From assembly GCA_029762535.1 (NCBI GenBank), contig JARVGK010000012.1:15019-79018 (forward strand): 64,000 nt of DNA, in the 5' to 3' direction. The first letter of the stretch is position 1, and every line of letters starts with the position of its first letter. Below the pieces are notes generated by a model. The model worked only from the letters and a program-made list of their open reading frames with translations. It ran no database searches and had not been told where the DNA came from. This DNA is from Thermoplasmatota archaeon. GTDB lineage: Archaea; Thermoplasmatota; Penumbrarchaeia; Penumbrarchaeales; Penumbrarchaeaceae. Of the stretch, positions 53,301 to 61,602 are shown one piece after another. The position numbers were made by a program, and so were the translations under genes.

Positions 53301-56300
53301 AGGATCTCGTCCTTTATCCCGTCGCCATCGGTATCGGAGGACATAGGATTCAACAGGCACATGTACTCTATCCTGTCGTCAAGGCCATCTCCGTCAGTAT
53401 CGGGAAGGCCGGGGTTGGAAACGATATGCCATTCGAACGAACGGCCGTTGTATGTGAAGTTGATCACCCAGCCCTCGATCTCCTGAAGGTCGGTCAACCC
53501 GTCTCCGTCAGTGTCCTTGTTCAACGGATCGAGGCCCAATATCATCTCCATTCTGTCCGATAGCCCGTCCCTATCGGAATCGGGATCATCAGGCAGGTAA
53601 CCCAGGTCCAGTTCGAACTTGTCCCCCAGAAGATCTCCGTCGGAGTCCCATTTCAACGGGTCCGTCCATTTCTCATCGGTGTCGTTGATACCATCGCCAT
53701 CGGTATCGGAATGAACGAGATACTTCCATTTCGCGAACTCATCGATGGTCGCCGGCATGATATCGAAGTACAGGTCCTGCGTATCCATCTTCTCGACGCC
53801 GGAGGAAACCTTGGGTTCGAACGGGATCGCTCCCCAGAACAGGTATTCTTGATAATATCTGCTGTAGTTGAACATCAGGTCCATCACGACCTGATAATTG
53901 GGCATGGCCGATCCAGGTTCGACCCACACGCCGGACCTGTATCGGTCATTTCTCTCGAAGGAGGTCTTTTGCGAGGAGATGATATCGGAGTAATGACCGA
54001 CACGTGCCTTTCCTTCGGAGGATGCTACCGCAGCTCTGTATTGCGGTATTATGAAGGAGTCCCTGAGATGGTCCTCTGTCCCGTGTTGCCGGGTCACTGT
54101 CGTGTTCCAGATACTCTCGACCTCTATCCTGTCGTTGACATCCAGACCGTTCTCCGTCGCATCGTGGATGATCATCCTCGATGAGAACATCTTCATGTCC
54201 ACATCGGTCAGGGATCTCACGCCCGATATCAGTTGTATTATCCACGTGATGATCCATTCCGAGCCGCTCTTTCCGGTGATCAGGGATACCAGCAACTCCT
54301 CAAGGGCAAATAAAGTGAAGGCCACTGCCACGGCCAGACCGATCACCAAACCTAAGACCTGGCCTGCTACCGGGACCGATTGCAGGCTCAACAAGAAGAC
54401 GCCTATCGAGGAGAGAAGGTTCACACTGAAGAGCGTGATGATCCAAGATAATGCTATGACCATATAGATGGTCGTCAGGGTCATCTGGAAAGGATCGTAA
54501 TTCGCGGCACTGTACATCGCCACGACATTGAAGATGAGCATGGTGATATCGAATATTAGGCCTATGACGTTCAGAACAATACCGACCCCGAATAGGACCT
54601 TGGATACCGTACTCCCCCATGCTCCCCAGTCCTTGAAGGATTTCAGTATGAACATCACCGTCGAGCAACCGCCTTTGATGACAGCGAGCATGAACTGGCT
54701 GCTCGTGGTGAAAGCATTGTAGAGAAATGTGAGTAATTCAAGCACGGGCAGCACGAAATCTTTGATGAAGTTCGTGATGAAGAGTATGCTCCCGATTATT
54801 GGCCCTGCCCATTTCGTAATATCCTCCGCCCAGTGGTGGGTCTCGTTCTCTTTCAGTTCATCCCCTATCTTCATGACCCTTATCTCGCCGGTGCTCCAGT
54901 AAAGGACGAGGGCGATCATCACCTTCCTGTCCTCATCTTTGAGGGGTTCAAGGAGGGGATCTATCTTGTGTATGAATCCTTCAGGTTCCATGGGCCCGTC
55001 CGACGGGTTCCGATGCCATGTTGATTTCATCATCCTCGTGACGATGGGAGGGAGACCGCCCATGTCTGCGTAGAAGTACGAATCATTGGACGTGAGGTCC
55101 ACGGCCGAGAACGTATCCTGCATCAGCGTGGTCATGCAGAATATCCTGTCATCGGGCAGGCTCTCAAGAGCTTCTTTCGCCATCCTTCCCATCGAATCCT
55201 TCACCGCGAGGTCAGAATGCTCATATTTGCCCGATCTGTGTTCGATGTTGATGTTCCTATCCCGGAGGAAAGCGGGTATATCATCCAATTCAAGTGAGCA
55301 ATTCCTCATATAGCTGCTTGATAGGACCATATTGGCCGTCAATATCTCCTCCATATCCCTAGAATAGAGTAGGCCCAGCTCGCTCCCGAAATTCTCCACG
55401 GCCGAGAGGCTCGCTATTATAAGATCCTCGGGATAGGTGATCAGGGTGATGCTGTTCTTTCTGATGCCGTCATTCTCTATGATGAATCTCGCGTCATCGG
55501 AGATGTTCGTTGCGGTCCCGATCGATCCGTCCTTCATGAGGGATAGGTATCTCCCGTTCCTGTCCGCGATATATTGGTGGCCCCCTTCATTTCTGATGGC
55601 GAATATGCAGTTCTCATCCCTCTTTTCAAATCCGGAACTTACCATTCCGTCATGTTCGATGCCCAGATAATACCCCATGTAGGATCTGAATGCCACTTTC
55701 TCCCCATCAACGATCTCCCAGCCGTATCGCTGGGGTTCGGATACGGTTGTGGAGTTGGACATGGCGGGTCCTGTGTCCATAGAGGTCAAGAATTTCCCGT
55801 TCGAGGCCTTGATCGTTCGGACCTCGGAGTCGGTCATGCCGGTCACGACCCATTCCAGGTTGATATCAAGGCTAATTGTCCTGGGACCCTGTGATGCCGG
55901 GAAGAATAACCTGCCGCTAAGTCCGACGATCCTTCCGTATTGCCATTCGGCACATAGCGGGGCTCTGGCCTCGCCTGGTGAGACCCTCATTCCATATTCG
56001 AGGACCTCTTCCTGTTCCGGAAGATCATCTCCTTTGATCCTCAACACCGGTGACACAAAGACGTCCTCTCTGGAGTTGTCAAGGTCCCTCATCAAACCCT
56101 TGTCATCGTATGGCCAATCGAACGTGCCCAGCATCAACCTCAGGTTGTCTGGGTTCCTGGGTACGACCTGCATGGAAATGTACAGAGGTCTTCCCGTGGT
56201 TGCAAGCTCAAGATGGAAGGAATCCAGCGGATCTGTCCTGTGAAAGGGTGAACGATCTGATGCATCTTCGATCCCGTCGTTGTCATTATCCCTGTCCCAT

Positions 56301-56728
56301 GCGTTGGGGATACCATCTCCGTCCGCATCCAGAGGAACCCCCAGGACCTCGTTCGGGTCGGCCAATCCATCCCCGTTCGAATCCGCTTTTAGGGGATCCA
56401 GGTTCAACGAGACCTCGAACGAGTCGTTCAAGGTGTCATGGTCGCTGTCCGCGTTGAAAGGGTCCGTACCGATGATCCTTTCGACGCTGTCGGGAAGGCC
56501 GTCCTCGTCGGAGTCCGTCATGTCGGTGGTGACGGCGATCAGCTCCTCAACGAGTTTTTTCAGTTCCCTGAACGGTCCCGGGACGACGTCCGCCCTTGTT
56601 GAGAGAGGGTCATGCTTGTCGAGACCTTTGACCCATCCCGTAATGACGGGATCGAAGGCCGGTCCCAGAAATAAGGCAACACAGAACAAGGACAGGACAA
56701 GGACGGATCTCCCATGCATTGAACTCAC
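50324..56728 (-). CDS. Giant surface protein: TSP3-like DxDxDG repeats, fascin-like beta-trefoil, central hydrophobic helical region, beta-propeller, C-terminal TM anchor
   Basis: About 20 DxDxDGLxDxxE...DP repeats in three blocks; IKASNGKFL / FRSYMGYYL / ADRNGRYL trefoil repeats; NHL-like LDIDSKGKLYITD; TM followed by RRRRMDIEE. Confidence 0.85.
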   Translation of the reverse strand: MSSMHGRSVLVLSLFCVALFLGPAFDPVITGWVKGLDKHDPLSTRADVVPGPFRELKKLVEELIAVTTDMTDSDEDGLPDSVERIIGTDPFNADSDHDTLNDSFEVSLNLDPLKADSNGDGLADPNEVLGVPLDADGDGIPNAWDRDNDNDGIEDASDRSPFHRTDPLDSFHLELATTGRPLYISMQVVPRNPDNLRLMLGTFDWPYDDKGLMRDLDNSREDVFVSPVLRIKGDDLPEQEEVLEYGMRVSPGEARAPLCAEWQYGRIVGLSGRLFFPASQGPRTISLDINLEWVVTGMTDSEVRTIKASNGKFLTSMDTGPAMSNSTTVSEPQRYGWEIVDGEKVAFRSYMGYYLGIEHDGMVSSGFEKRDENCIFAIRNEGGHQYIADRNGRYLSLMKDGSIGTATNISDDARFIIENDGIRKNSITLITYPEDLIIASLSAVENFGSELGLLYSRDMEEILTANMVLSSSYMRNCSLELDDIPAFLRDRNINIEHRSGKYEHSDLAVKDSMGRMAKEALESLPDDRIFCMTTLMQDTFSAVDLTSNDSYFYADMGGLPPIVTRMMKSTWHRNPSDGPMEPEGFIHKIDPLLEPLKDEDRKVMIALVLYWSTGEIRVMKIGDELKENETHHWAEDITKWAGPIIGSILFITNFIKDFVLPVLELLTFLYNAFTTSSQFMLAVIKGGCSTVMFILKSFKDWGAWGSTVSKVLFGVGIVLNVIGLIFDITMLIFNVVAMYSAANYDPFQMTLTTIYMVIALSWIITLFSVNLLSSIGVFLLSLQSVPVAGQVLGLVIGLAVAVAFTLFALEELLVSLITGKSGSEWIITWIIQLISGVRSLTDVDMKMFSSRMIIHDATENGLDVNDRIEVESIWNTTVTRQHGTEDHLRDSFIIPQYRAAVASSEGKARVGHYSDIISSQKTSFERNDRYRSGVWVEPGSAMPNYQVVMDLMFNYSRYYQEYLFWGAIPFEPKVSSGVEKMDTQDLYFDIMPATIDEFAKWKYLVHSDTDGDGINDTDEKWTDPLKWDSDGDLLGDKFELDLGYLPDDPDSDRDGLSDRMEMILGLDPLNKDTDGDGLTDLQEIEGWVINFTYNGRSFEWHIVSNPGLPDTDGDGLDDRIEYMCLLNPMSSDTDGDGIKDEILDYTTTEIEYVDTFGDDDGLDLLTAKSVSVLDDGSLVLIGKDDDTICRIGSEGETIWNYTDPSLSSEYEKFNDVRGGPDGRIYASVDSMMNPGVLVLNANGTFNSTYPVRDATEIKGLAVDDEGCVYTLSTFDLSGVYLVKFHPNGTVAHENSFPTGSENFPGGIRSFPSFYWNGELDIDSKGKLYITDPTTDRILVFNKHLDLSYVWDVSQFGLVRDIRIDDDDSIYVCGHDNGYDLIQKYDRYRRVVVEWNTDLMETSLCPGHDGHVYVAGLNETATYKGRIMKFWENVTLHEVEKNKTFIDTDGEGLIDIIEEVGWNITLNTQFDTFTIHVHSSIMMIDTDMDGLDDLSEYLFGSDPTSVDSDRDGLPDQIEIMMGTNITCWDTDGDGLSDGAEIIFGSDPLLHDTDGDGLSDRDEYLQGSDPNDIDTDDDGLSDKEEWDLGWSAVSPDGDGDFMLDGDELAHGCDPNGSDMDRDGIDDGYERLFGTSPTNGDSDGDGLNDGFEIGIFLDPTNNDTDGDGLDDRYELEIGYNPRSTDTDGDGIPDLYDLDFTVELGVDVVVVSDGTVEGANFISDLSKIVGVIETTPDSLIRDHADSDYVVIIGRPTSEDGTSGKLVRDLLIDCGDHLWKMERTNEARCLVRYGVWNNDQTVVLLSHTYPFDHNRVLGILRGLRLMVEEGHVVYDVLSPVDFIYMENCETIRETDTTLKLSLSEITAFKAGISISDDTSPIAPPSFGNGLQMDTSSMGKYVTVNISDPDGNPLRSIVSVEMRIYYSNSDLDLDGDGMIDGVRDLDEASLHLLFHSDGNWSNVSGMDGITGTGVNTADVAMFGNEYAGYLWMTGAHLSTFAIVGTRNEHETFVLEVGPVVDTDNDPIEGANITLFLQSLELMNITDRNGLSGFLISSDALGHSVRIRIVKEGYHTLEYNTSITDEGILSEGPPPMIKKVSTEKQKERSLLFLISIISIILLLALFIIFLIFRRRRMDIEE

Positions 56729-56803
56729 CTCTTGTTATCAGACCGTTTGTTTGGTTCTCCCATCAGACCAATTTAAAATGGTTAGACCCCACGTCCGGTT
56801 AAC

Positions 56804-57025
56804 ATGGTATTACTTCTTAATGATTTCATCCACACTGGACCGGGATCGTTCCTCGTCAACACTGCCTTCATGGATCCGATAAAGGATGACGTGGATAAAG
56901 AGGATCCTCCCGATCCTGGTCCGGATTATATTTACGTCTTGATAATTGCCAGGATCCTGGTATTAATGATCGTATGGATCGCCATCTTCCTGATATCAGG
57001 AAGGAAGGAAGGACCCGAGGAATAA
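56804..57025 (+). pseudogene. Probable remnant C-terminus of a surface protein
   Basis: Acidic Pro linker, TM helix and GRKEGPEE tail, but no signal peptide or body. Confidence 0.45.
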
Positions 57026-57273
57026 AAAGAGAGGACGGAGGATCCTCCTGTTGAAGATAAGGAGGCGGATCCCTCTCTCGAAAAGAAGTAAATTAAGGAT
57101 CGGACCGAGGAAGTCTGAAGTGCTAATCATTAGGTCGGATAAGGGTAAGGATGATAATGACATGTTTCTTTTTAGAAAAGGTATTGTTCCGTCATTGTAA
57201 AGCCAGGTAGGTTTCGGGGTCTTAATTTGTATTATAATATCATGAAAATGAGATATTTTGATATAAAATAAAT

Positions 57274-58032
57274 CTATTCCGGTATCCAATCTTCAAGATC
57301 CATTGATACATCGGAGAAAGAGGGGAGCGAACCGATTATTATCCCCTTGAGGTCCCTGGCCCACATACCCTCCATGGACCTGATCCTCGAGATCATAATT
57401 TCCTTGGAATAGTCAATGCAGTAAATGGATAGTTTCCTTTTGATCATCGAAGGCTCGGGTCTTATCCCCTTTCTGAAAAGGAACCATAGGTCATAGATAT
57501 CCCTCGGTTTGTTCCTTGTCAATATGCATCTTATCTTTTCCGAGGATATTTCCTCTTGCGAGAGCACGTTCATTTCGAATGCGGTCAGATCCGGATATTG
57601 AGGTATTAGCAATTTCATGGAATTGCTCTCCGGCCGTTCCCTTTTGCTGAGGTTGAGGACTATCCTGGTCATGCTCGTCTTCTTTCCATCGTAAAGAGGA
57701 CCCCTGATAAGAAATCTGATGTTGGTCTCGTTTCCGTGGTCCTCTGATTCCGCAATGGTCCCTGCCATTCCCATGAGATCAAGGTTTCTCCTGATCCTTT
57801 CGATGATACGGTCCGGATCATTCCTTTTTCCCGTCAGGTCAAAGTCAAGGTCTTCGGAAAATCGGTTCAGTCCGTAGAATTTGTAGAGTGCGGTACCCCC
57901 TTTGAAGACCATGGTCCTCTTCATGTCGGAGAGGAAGAACATCATCGTTTCGAGCAGATAATCCTTCTCACAAACTCTCAATGGGAGTTTTTTCAAAGAT
58001 GAGATATCTTTCAGATCTTCTTTCGGTATCAT
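57274..58032 (-). CDS. AbiEii-type nucleotidyltransferase toxin (type IV TA)
   Basis: EKDYL, FKGGTAL, RFSEDLDF, EKIR, RDIYDL. Confidence 0.92.
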   Translation of the reverse strand: MIPKEDLKDISSLKKLPLRVCEKDYLLETMMFFLSDMKRTMVFKGGTALYKFYGLNRFSEDLDFDLTGKRNDPDRIIERIRRNLDLMGMAGTIAESEDHGNETNIRFLIRGPLYDGKKTSMTRIVLNLSKRERPESNSMKLLIPQYPDLTAFEMNVLSQEEISSEKIRCILTRNKPRDIYDLWFLFRKGIRPEPSMIKRKLSIYCIDYSKEIMISRIRSMEGMWARDLKGIIIGSLPSFSDVSMDLEDWIPE

Positions 58033-58036
58033 AATA

Positions 58037-58774
58037 TCACACCAAATTCTCCTTCACCTTCCATCTGGAATTGCCTTCTCCTTTCTCGGGACGGGAATAG
58101 TCCAGAGGAATGAACGCACCTTTGACCGATCCGAGGAGAACGTCTGTACCGGGCAATTCCAGGGTGTCAAGTAACCACCCTATCCTTTTCATCGCAGGGA
58201 GGTTTCCCGACCTTTTTGCATATTCGGACAACTTCGTTGACGATATGGTATTTTTGTCCTCCTTGATCATGAAGAAGATCTCTTCAAGAGATATCCGTTT
58301 CAGAAGGATACTGTCCAATAGGCATTTTTCGGGATCGGCCATGAAGACATCGAACACTGATACCTTTTCCTTCGTATATCCGAAAAGGTACCGGACCGGG
58401 ATCGTGGAGAATGATATCCTCATGTTCATGAACTCCATGTTCTTCGAGTGTCTGGTCGCTGTGGTCAGAACGGAGATCTCATTTGGTATCTGATCGGTCA
58501 AACCATGATGATGGAGTGCATACCACAAGGATATATAGCTAGGCCAGGCGATCCTGGTTGCTATTATGAGAGGATCGTCATGGAGAGTGAACCTGTTCCT
58601 CTGGATCCTTTTCACGATCCCCCTCTTGACCAATCTCCCGATCATGACCTTGCAGTAGGATGGATCCTTCTTGGTTAGAGCACAAAGATCGTCGAGTGTG
58701 AAGACGGGATAGGTCTTCAGTCTCTCGATGAGCATGTACGTGTTGATATTCATCGATGGCTCAGTACCATACAA
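58037..58774 (-). CDS. AbiEi-type antitoxin/transcriptional regulator
   Basis: N-terminal wHTH, PSYISLWYALHHHGLTDQIP, ADPEKCLLD; lies directly upstream of AbiEii. Confidence 0.88.
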   Translation of the reverse strand: MYGTEPSMNINTYMLIERLKTYPVFTLDDLCALTKKDPSYCKVMIGRLVKRGIVKRIQRNRFTLHDDPLIIATRIAWPSYISLWYALHHHGLTDQIPNEISVLTTATRHSKNMEFMNMRISFSTIPVRYLFGYTKEKVSVFDVFMADPEKCLLDSILLKRISLEEIFFMIKEDKNTISSTKLSEYAKRSGNLPAMKRIGWLLDTLELPGTDVLLGSVKGAFIPLDYSRPEKGEGNSRWKVKENLV

Positions 58775-58792
58775 GTATATTTAACTAACGAT

Positions 58793-58812
58793 GGTAATCA
58801 TTTATGATTACC
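58793..58812. promoter_or_regulatory. Inverted-repeat operator upstream of the AbiE operon
   Basis: Perfect 9-bp dyad GGTAATCAT-TT-ATGATTACC just upstream of abiEi. Confidence 0.6.
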
Positions 58813-59013
58813 TAAGTTTTGTAAATATACATCAGAGTTGTCGACAATATATCGACGACTGGATTATCTTCATTTCCATCCTTCTTCGGCTCATCCTGTA
58901 TCCTCCGTGAAGGATCGCATTGATCATCTTCGATGTGAAGTCCGGATCCTCAAGGGATCGGACCAGGTTTCAGTCGAGATGGGGTAGGGAGTGGTCGGAT
59001 TGATGTTTTTCCA

Positions 59014-59276
59014 AGCAGACTCGGCAGGTCGGGATGAAGAGGCGAGAGATATGGAGTGTAGAGACGGAAGATGGAGTGCGCAGTCCCGGTGGGTGGAAAA
59101 CTGCTGGCGCTACGCGTTGGTATATAAAGAACTGCCGATCACTGCGCGGGGATCGATGCGCAGTGCCGGCATATGCCACCTCTGCGCAATGGGATATTTT
59201 TCCTTTGTCTGGCTATGGAGTGAGAGGAGGGGGTCCCGTGCGCAAAACTCGGCAGGTAACTGCCGCCATTGCGCGG
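59014..59276. repeat. Cluster of GCGCA-N4/5-CGGCA units arranged as inverted dyads
   Basis: About 8 degenerate copies in both orientations, e.g. GCGCAAAACTCGGCAG-GTAA-CTGCCGCCATTGCGC (59240-59274). Confidence 0.55.
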
Positions 59277-59384
59277 TTTGGACGATCCTCTCGTTACTAA
59301 CGTGATCAACGAATATCGAGTAGTGATCCTGGAAAGTACAAGGATATATCGTGAGAGGACCAAAACGATCCGATCGGAATATGT

Positions 59385-59805
59385 TCATCCATTGACCGGA
59401 TCCGGGAACATGTGCACAAGATCACTCGTTGAATAGATAGCGACAACATCCTGATCACGCAGTTTCGAATCATTTGTCCATAGCCCGGCACCGATCAGGA
59501 TCGCCGCGGCGAGATAAGGATCGTCCTTGACATCCGGGGAGAACTCCTTCACCTGTTCCATCTCCCGGATTATCTCTTCCATTGGAATGGTCTCGATCCT
59601 TTCGGTGTATATCGATAGTACCTCATCGAACTCCATCTGCGATCTGTGGGTCTTTTTCAGGATGAGATCGCGGTACTTCTCGAACTCTTCGAAGATGAAC
59701 TCGGGTGCGTAAAGGTGGAGCCTTTCGTTCAGGATGAGCCTTGATGTCTCACCTTTCCTGATGAGGGCGGAGAACATAAACGTTCGCGTCCACGATGAGG
59801 TCCAT
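59385..59805 (-). pseudogene. PIN-domain (VapC-like) toxin with a +1 frameshift after codon 9
   Basis: ATG at 59805 gives MDLIVDANV, then an extra T (GTT T ATG) shifts into MFSALIRKG...DDPYLAAA...LWTNDSKL. Confidence 0.8.
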
Positions 59806-60032
59806 CAGGTGCTCTCCGTGTATCTCTTGCGGAGGGCCTTGTTGACCTTCCTGCCCAGTTCGAGGGCGTCCTCGTCGGTCATCTCGCTGTCGGATGCGAA
59901 CTTTTCCAGGACCTTGAGGTCCCTGACCTTGTCCCTGAAGGCCATGCGGGCCACTTCCGACCAGTTGACCCAGGGATGGGAGTCCATTTCCTTCTTCAGT
60001 TCCTTTGGAACAGAAAGGGTCATATTGACCAT
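59805..60032 (-). CDS. RHH-type antitoxin (VapB-like)
   Basis: MVNMTLSVPKELKKEMDSHPWVNWSEVAR; AGGTGA RBS; TGATG overlap with the PIN gene. Confidence 0.85.
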   Translation of the reverse strand: MVNMTLSVPKELKKEMDSHPWVNWSEVARMAFRDKVRDLKVLEKFASDSEMTDEDALELGRKVNKALRKRYTEST

Positions 60033-60046
60033 ATCGTCACCTATTT

Positions 60047-60071
60047 GATGTGTATGCACATCTTTATACTT
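60047..60071 (-). promoter_or_regulatory. TA promoter with operator dyad
   Basis: GATGTG-TATG-CACATC dyad adjacent to minus-strand AAGTATAAAG. Confidence 0.6.
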
Positions 60072-60214
60072 ATGTTCTCTCCTTATTCATTTTCGAAGAT
60101 CACAGGGATCGATCCCCCGGTTCTTGTTGAGGATCAGATCCAGAAGGAGGATCGGTTTATAGGGGGCTTTCTCGACGGTGTATCTGCTGGGGTTGCGATC
60201 CACGCGAATTTCCT

Positions 60215-60691
60215 CTATTTTCCGCAAAGGTCCGTCATATCAGAATGGAAGATGTCCCATTTTCTCATCTCTTCGATCACCCTCACGGCATATTCTCTAT
60301 CCCATTCCAGGACCTCGGCGATCTGTTCGAGATCCGCCTTTCCTTCAGGGAATCTCGATAGCACCGCGGTCATTCCCGCAAACAGGTCAGCTTCTTTCTC
60401 GAACCTCTTGATGAGTGGTGATCGAACGCCGTACTCCTCTTCAAGATCGAGCAATCTAAGGTAAAATTTGAGAATCCATCTCCACGGATCCTTCTGGGAC
60501 CTCACCTCGGATTCTATGATGTTCCAGTCCAACAGTCTATTTGCCAATCTCTCCATATCCGACAGGTCCTCCGGACGGTCTGTTATCCCTTTGAGCAAAA
60601 AGATATCCTCTCTGGAGATGACGTGGATATTGATATCTTCGAATTCGGGTATCCGGGTTGCTCTTTTGACCATCCCTTCGGATAATGAAAG
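60215..60691 (-). pseudogene. C-terminal half of a DUF6036-like nucleotidyltransferase, truncated by the cassette insertion
   Basis: LSLSEGMVKRA...SREDIFLLKGITDRPEDLSDM...LDWNII; N-terminal NTase motifs missing; the frame continues upstream as EICRG on the far side of the insertion (61601-61615). Confidence 0.65.
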
Positions 60692-60741
60692 TTGTGTGAA
60701 ATTATTGACCATCTATCTGTGCCTTTTCGAAAAACAAACGA

Positions 60742-61146
60742 TCATATCAAAATATCCCATGCATCATTAGGTGATATGATATTCTTCAGTTTTAAGTTGA
60801 GAAATTCCTTATCGCTTGTCAAGAGATAATCGATTTCATCTAACATTCCACATGCCAATACCGGTGAATCTTTTAAACTGATCAATTCTTTTGCTACAGG
60901 CAAATTGTGGATGTATCTGTCTTTAGTTATTATGCTACAATGCGATATGAATATTTCAAGGTCCATCAATGCATTCTCTCTTTTTGTTCCAGATAGTTTC
61001 AATTGAAGATTTCGTTTAAGTTCTTCAATAATAAAATCAGATAAGATAACGTTATGTTTTTCAATTAATAAATGAAGAATGTCATGTACTCTACCTTCAT
61101 GTGCGATAGCAGAGTAGAGTGTCGAAGTGTCTACCAGTATCTTCAT
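60742..61146 (-). CDS. PIN-domain toxin (VapC-like)
   Basis: MKILVDTSTLYSA, EELKR, KDSPVL, LLTSDKEF. Confidence 0.9.
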   Translation of the reverse strand: MKILVDTSTLYSAIAHEGRVHDILHLLIEKHNVILSDFIIEELKRNLQLKLSGTKRENALMDLEIFISHCSIITKDRYIHNLPVAKELISLKDSPVLACGMLDEIDYLLTSDKEFLNLKLKNIISPNDAWDILI

Positions 61147-61400
61147 TCGTTATCTCCGAACATCTCTTGAAATAACTTTTCTCTAATCTCTTTTCCACCT
61201 TCCAGGAGATCCTTTTCGGAAATACCTTCTTCATTCATGATCCGACCAAGACGTTTGAATGCATCAAACATTTCTGCTTTTCGAACTGCATCACGAATAT
61301 ATTCAGAACGTGAGGGATACTCACCCTTCGTCACGTAATTATCTATTCGTTTGAGTTCCTCTTGGGGAAGGCGTATCTGCACGGAGACCATTTTAGCCAT
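61143..61400 (-). CDS. RHH (CopG-like) antitoxin
   Basis: VSVQIRLP..ELKRID..V.KGEYPSRSEYIRDAVR; ATGA overlap with the PIN gene. Confidence 0.9.
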   Translation of the reverse strand: MAKMVSVQIRLPQEELKRIDNYVTKGEYPSRSEYIRDAVRKAEMFDAFKRLGRIMNEEGISEKDLLEGGKEIREKLFQEMFGDNE

Positions 61401-61404
61401 GAAC

Positions 61405-61433
61405 TGTGATTGTATTCAATCACATATATACTT
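61405..61433 (-). promoter_or_regulatory. TA promoter with a perfect operator dyad
   Basis: TGTGATTG-TATT-CAATCACA (61405-61424) and TATATA about 25-30 nt upstream of the ATG (leaderless spacing). Confidence 0.7.
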
Positions 61434-61516
61434 TCCGCATTGTTATGTGGGATAACAAAAGAAATGGTCGACCACTCTTCGTCGCCTTCGGCTCCGTTCC
61501 CTCCCTGTGGTCGGGT

Positions 61517-61602
61517 CACATAACCCGCGGTTATGCGGTTCGCAAACGGAGTTTGCTCGAGCCAAATTCACCTTCGGTGAACTTCGCATACCCGCGTCCG
61601 TC
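61517..61602 (+). other. attC-like recombination site
   Basis: R''-like CACATAAC; arms CGCGGTTATGCG / CGCATACCCGCG; internal hairpins GCAAAC-GGA-GTTTGC and TTCACC-TTC-GGTGAA; ends CCG|T. Confidence 0.7.

Larger units (their letters stand above)
60692..61600 (+). mobile_element. Integron-type gene cassette carrying an RHH/PIN TA pair
   Basis: Starts G|TTGTGTGAAAT and ends with an attC-like hairpin (CACATAAC...CCG|); visibly AT-rich; removing it restores a coding frame. Confidence 0.7.

Noticed and set aside
51650-53720. CRISPR-like or DNA tandem repeats
   Set aside because: The repeats are degenerate codon-level copies of DxDxDG protein motifs inside a CDS, with no constant repeat-spacer pattern.
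58990-59300. Group II intron, RNase P RNA or SRP RNA
   Set aside because: GTGCG words occur, but no domain V/VI, no GAGGAAAGTCC RNase P core and no SRP helix-8 motif were recognised.
60692-61600. Insertion sequence as the explanation for the TA insertion
   Set aside because: No transposase, no terminal inverted repeats and no target duplication beyond GT; the structure fits an attC cassette better.
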